A DNA stretch of 64,000 nucleotides from Octopus sinensis (lineage: Eukaryota): positions 9,796,001-9,860,000 of the forward strand of contig NC_043001.1 of NCBI RefSeq assembly GCF_006345805.1. The letters run 5' to 3'. A program made the translations under genes and the position numbers. The notes under the pieces were generated by a model that saw only the letters and a program-made list of their open reading frames with translations, was not told where the DNA came from and ran no database searches. This document shows positions 61,641-64,000 of the stretch, piece after piece. Every line of letters starts with the position of its first letter. Position 1 is the stretch's first letter.

Positions 61641-63018
61641 TCACTGGTCTTGCCGGGTCTTCTCACGCACAGCATACTTCCATAGGTCTCGGTCTCTGGT
61701 CATTTCCTTGGTGAGACCTAGAGTTCGAAGGTCGTGCTTCACCACCTCGACCCAGGTTTTCCTGGGTCTACCTCTTCCACAGGTCCCCTCAACTGCCAGG
61801 GTGTGGCACTTTTTCACACACCTATCTTCATCCATTCTAACCACATGACCATACCAGCGCAATCGTCTCTCTTGCACACAACATCTGATTCCTCTTAGGT
61901 CCAACTTTTCTCTCAAGGTACTTACACTCTGTCGACTATGAACACTGACATTACACATCCAACGGAGCATACTAGCTTCATTTCTCGCGAGCTTACGCAT
62001 GTCCTCAGCAGTCACGGCCCATGTTTCACTGCCATGTAGCATGGCTGTTCGTACACATGCATCATACAGTCTGCCTTTTACTCTGAGCGAGAGGCCTTTA
62101 GTCACCAACAGAGGTAAGAGCTCCCTAAACTTTGCCCAGGCTATTCTTACTCTAGCCGTTACACTTTCAGCACACCCACCCCCACTACTGACTTGGTCAC
62201 CAAGATAACGGAAACTATCAACTACTTCTAGTTTTTCCCCCTGGAAAGTGACGGAAGTTGTTTTCTGCAGATTTTCAGAGGTTAATGCTCCGAGCATCTG
62301 CCACATACAAAAACCATCTTCCTAGTTAGCCTTCCTATGACATTGCTGCACCTCTTATGTGTCCATAGCTTACACTTGGTGCATCTTATAGAGTTTCTAC
62401 CTACACCTTTTCTACAGATCGAGCAGGGCCATCTACCTGAAGGCGTTTGTGATTTGTCTACCTTCCTACTTATTACGACTTTGTTTTAGCTAGGTTGACT
62501 CTAAGGCCCTTCGATTCTAAACCATGCTTCCACACCTGAAACTTCTTCTCCAGTTCTGATAATGACTCAGCAATTAGAGCAAGGTCATCAGCATAGAGGA
62601 GCTCCCAGGGGCATCCTGTCTTGAATTCCTCCGTTATTGCCTGGAGGACTATGATAAATAGGAGGGGGCTGAGGACTGAGCCTTGGTGAGCCCTACCTCT
62701 ACCCGGAATTCTTCACTGTACTCATTTCCAACCCTCACCTTACTAGCAGCGTCCCTGTACATGGCTTGCACAGCTCTCACTAACCATTCTTCTATTCCTA
62801 GTTTCCTCATTGACCACCATATGAGGGATCGGGGGACCCTGTCGAAGGCTTTCTCCATGTCAACAAAAGCCAGGTACAGGGCCTTATCTTTGGCTAGGTA
62901 TTTCTCCTGCAGCTGCCTTACCAGGAATATAGCATCAGTGGTACTTTTCCCTGGCACGAAACCAAACTGCATCTCATCTAAACTAACTCTCTCTCTAATT
63001 AGTTGGCTTATGACCCTC
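61641..63018 (-). pseudogene. RTE reverse-transcriptase ORF remnant (3 frameshifts)
   Basis: ORF-track pieces 62649-62972 and 61641-62306 joined by manual translation; single-base losses near 62690, 62482 and 62290. Confidence 0.9.
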
Positions 63019-63483
63019 TATATATATATATATATACATGTATGTATGTATGTATGTATGTATGTATGTATGTATGTATGTATGTATGTATACACATGCA
63101 CTCACACCTGTTCATGTGCATGTGTGCACACACACACACCAGCTCTGTTCTGCTGCTACCTAAAACCAGTTAATTAATTCACTATTTCTATCCCCAACAC
63201 ACACATACTTCCACTGTATCTTATTTCAAAAGACCCCTCTATGGAACCCACCTTTTTTTTTTTTTTTTTTTTTTTTTTGCTTCATCTCTCTTCATCCCAG
63301 AAACGAACCCTTCTGCAACCTCCTGTTTATACTTTCATTTTACTTACCAAAACTGTCAACAGTTTAAACCACAACTTAATAAAGCTCAGCCAGGAATTTG
63401 AACTCACTTCAAGTGTAGCAGGAACTTAACAATAACTCTGTCAAATGCAATGCTTCTTTGGTTTTAATGATGGAATTACTCTC

Positions 63484-63878
63484 TTTACTCTTTTATTTGT
63501 TTCAGTCATTTGACTGCGGCCATGCTGGAGCACCGCCTTTAGTCGAGCAAATCGACCCTTGCACTTATTCTTTTGTAAGCCCAGTACTATCGGTCTCTTT
63601 TGCCGAACCGCTTAGTGAAGGGGACGTAAACACACCAGCATCGGTTGTCAAGCAATGCTAGGGGGACAAACACAGACACACAAACACACACACATACATA
63701 TATATACACATATATACGACAGGCTTCTTTCAGTTTCCATTTTCCAAATCCACTCACAAGGCATTGGTCGGCCCAGGGCTATAGCAGAAGACACTTGCCC
63801 AAGATGCCATGCAGTGGGACTGAACCCAGAACCATGTGGCTGGTTAGCAAGCTACTTACCACACAGCCACTCCTGCGC
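63484..63878 (-). mobile_element. SINE family A, full length
   Basis: tactcttttatttgtttcagtc...accacacagccactcctgcgcc. Confidence 0.9.
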
Positions 63879-63889
63879 CTATTGTCTAT

Positions 63890-64000
63890 TTTTAGAATGA
63901 CATTGCAGGGTAGGTGCAAAAGGCTAGATCTAGCCTGTTTGAACATTAAAACAGGAAGAATATTCGGGCTGGTTATGGCCAGTTATGGCCGGTTATGGCT
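63890..64000 (-). mobile_element. piggyBac-type MITE-2 fragment
   Basis: Reverse complement of the aaatattc...gttttaatgttcaaac...gatctagcc segment seen at 36460-36520 and 48540-48890. Confidence 0.5.

Larger units (their letters stand above)
60632..63018 (-). mobile_element. RTE-clade LINE, 5'-truncated inside RT, with long tandem 3'UTR and (GAT)n tail
   Basis: QFGFVPGKSTTDAIF, FVDMEKAFD, QGSVLSP, YADD (62584-95), FRYLG, LHGSETW, RLRWYGH; flanked by (TA)n on both sides. Confidence 0.95.

Overview
This is AT-rich, microsatellite-saturated, essentially non-coding animal genomic DNA. The SINE and LINE families look cephalopod (Octopus-like), which is an inference from repeat sequence alone. I recognise no host protein-coding gene; almost all entries in the ORF track are microsatellite or SINE read-throughs. 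The real coding remnants are retrotransposons: a young 5'-truncated RTE LINE (60632-63018, minus strand; RT with YADD, an inserted PHD-like finger, three frameshifts, and a 13-unit structured tandem 3'UTR), three C-terminal fragments of a second RTE-like LINE, a CR1 3' end and BovB-like zinc-finger remnants. At least four tRNA-headed SINE families are present, together with piggyBac-type and hAT-type MITEs, two long fold-back elements in (TA)n, and minisatellites. The most notable signal is a tRNA-headed SINE whose 3' half carries a minimal Penelope-type hammerhead ribozyme (consensus GACAC-CUGAUGA-A-GGCUG/CAGCC-GAAA-CGU-U-GUGUU). It occurs 7 times, 6 of them as three inverted dimers.
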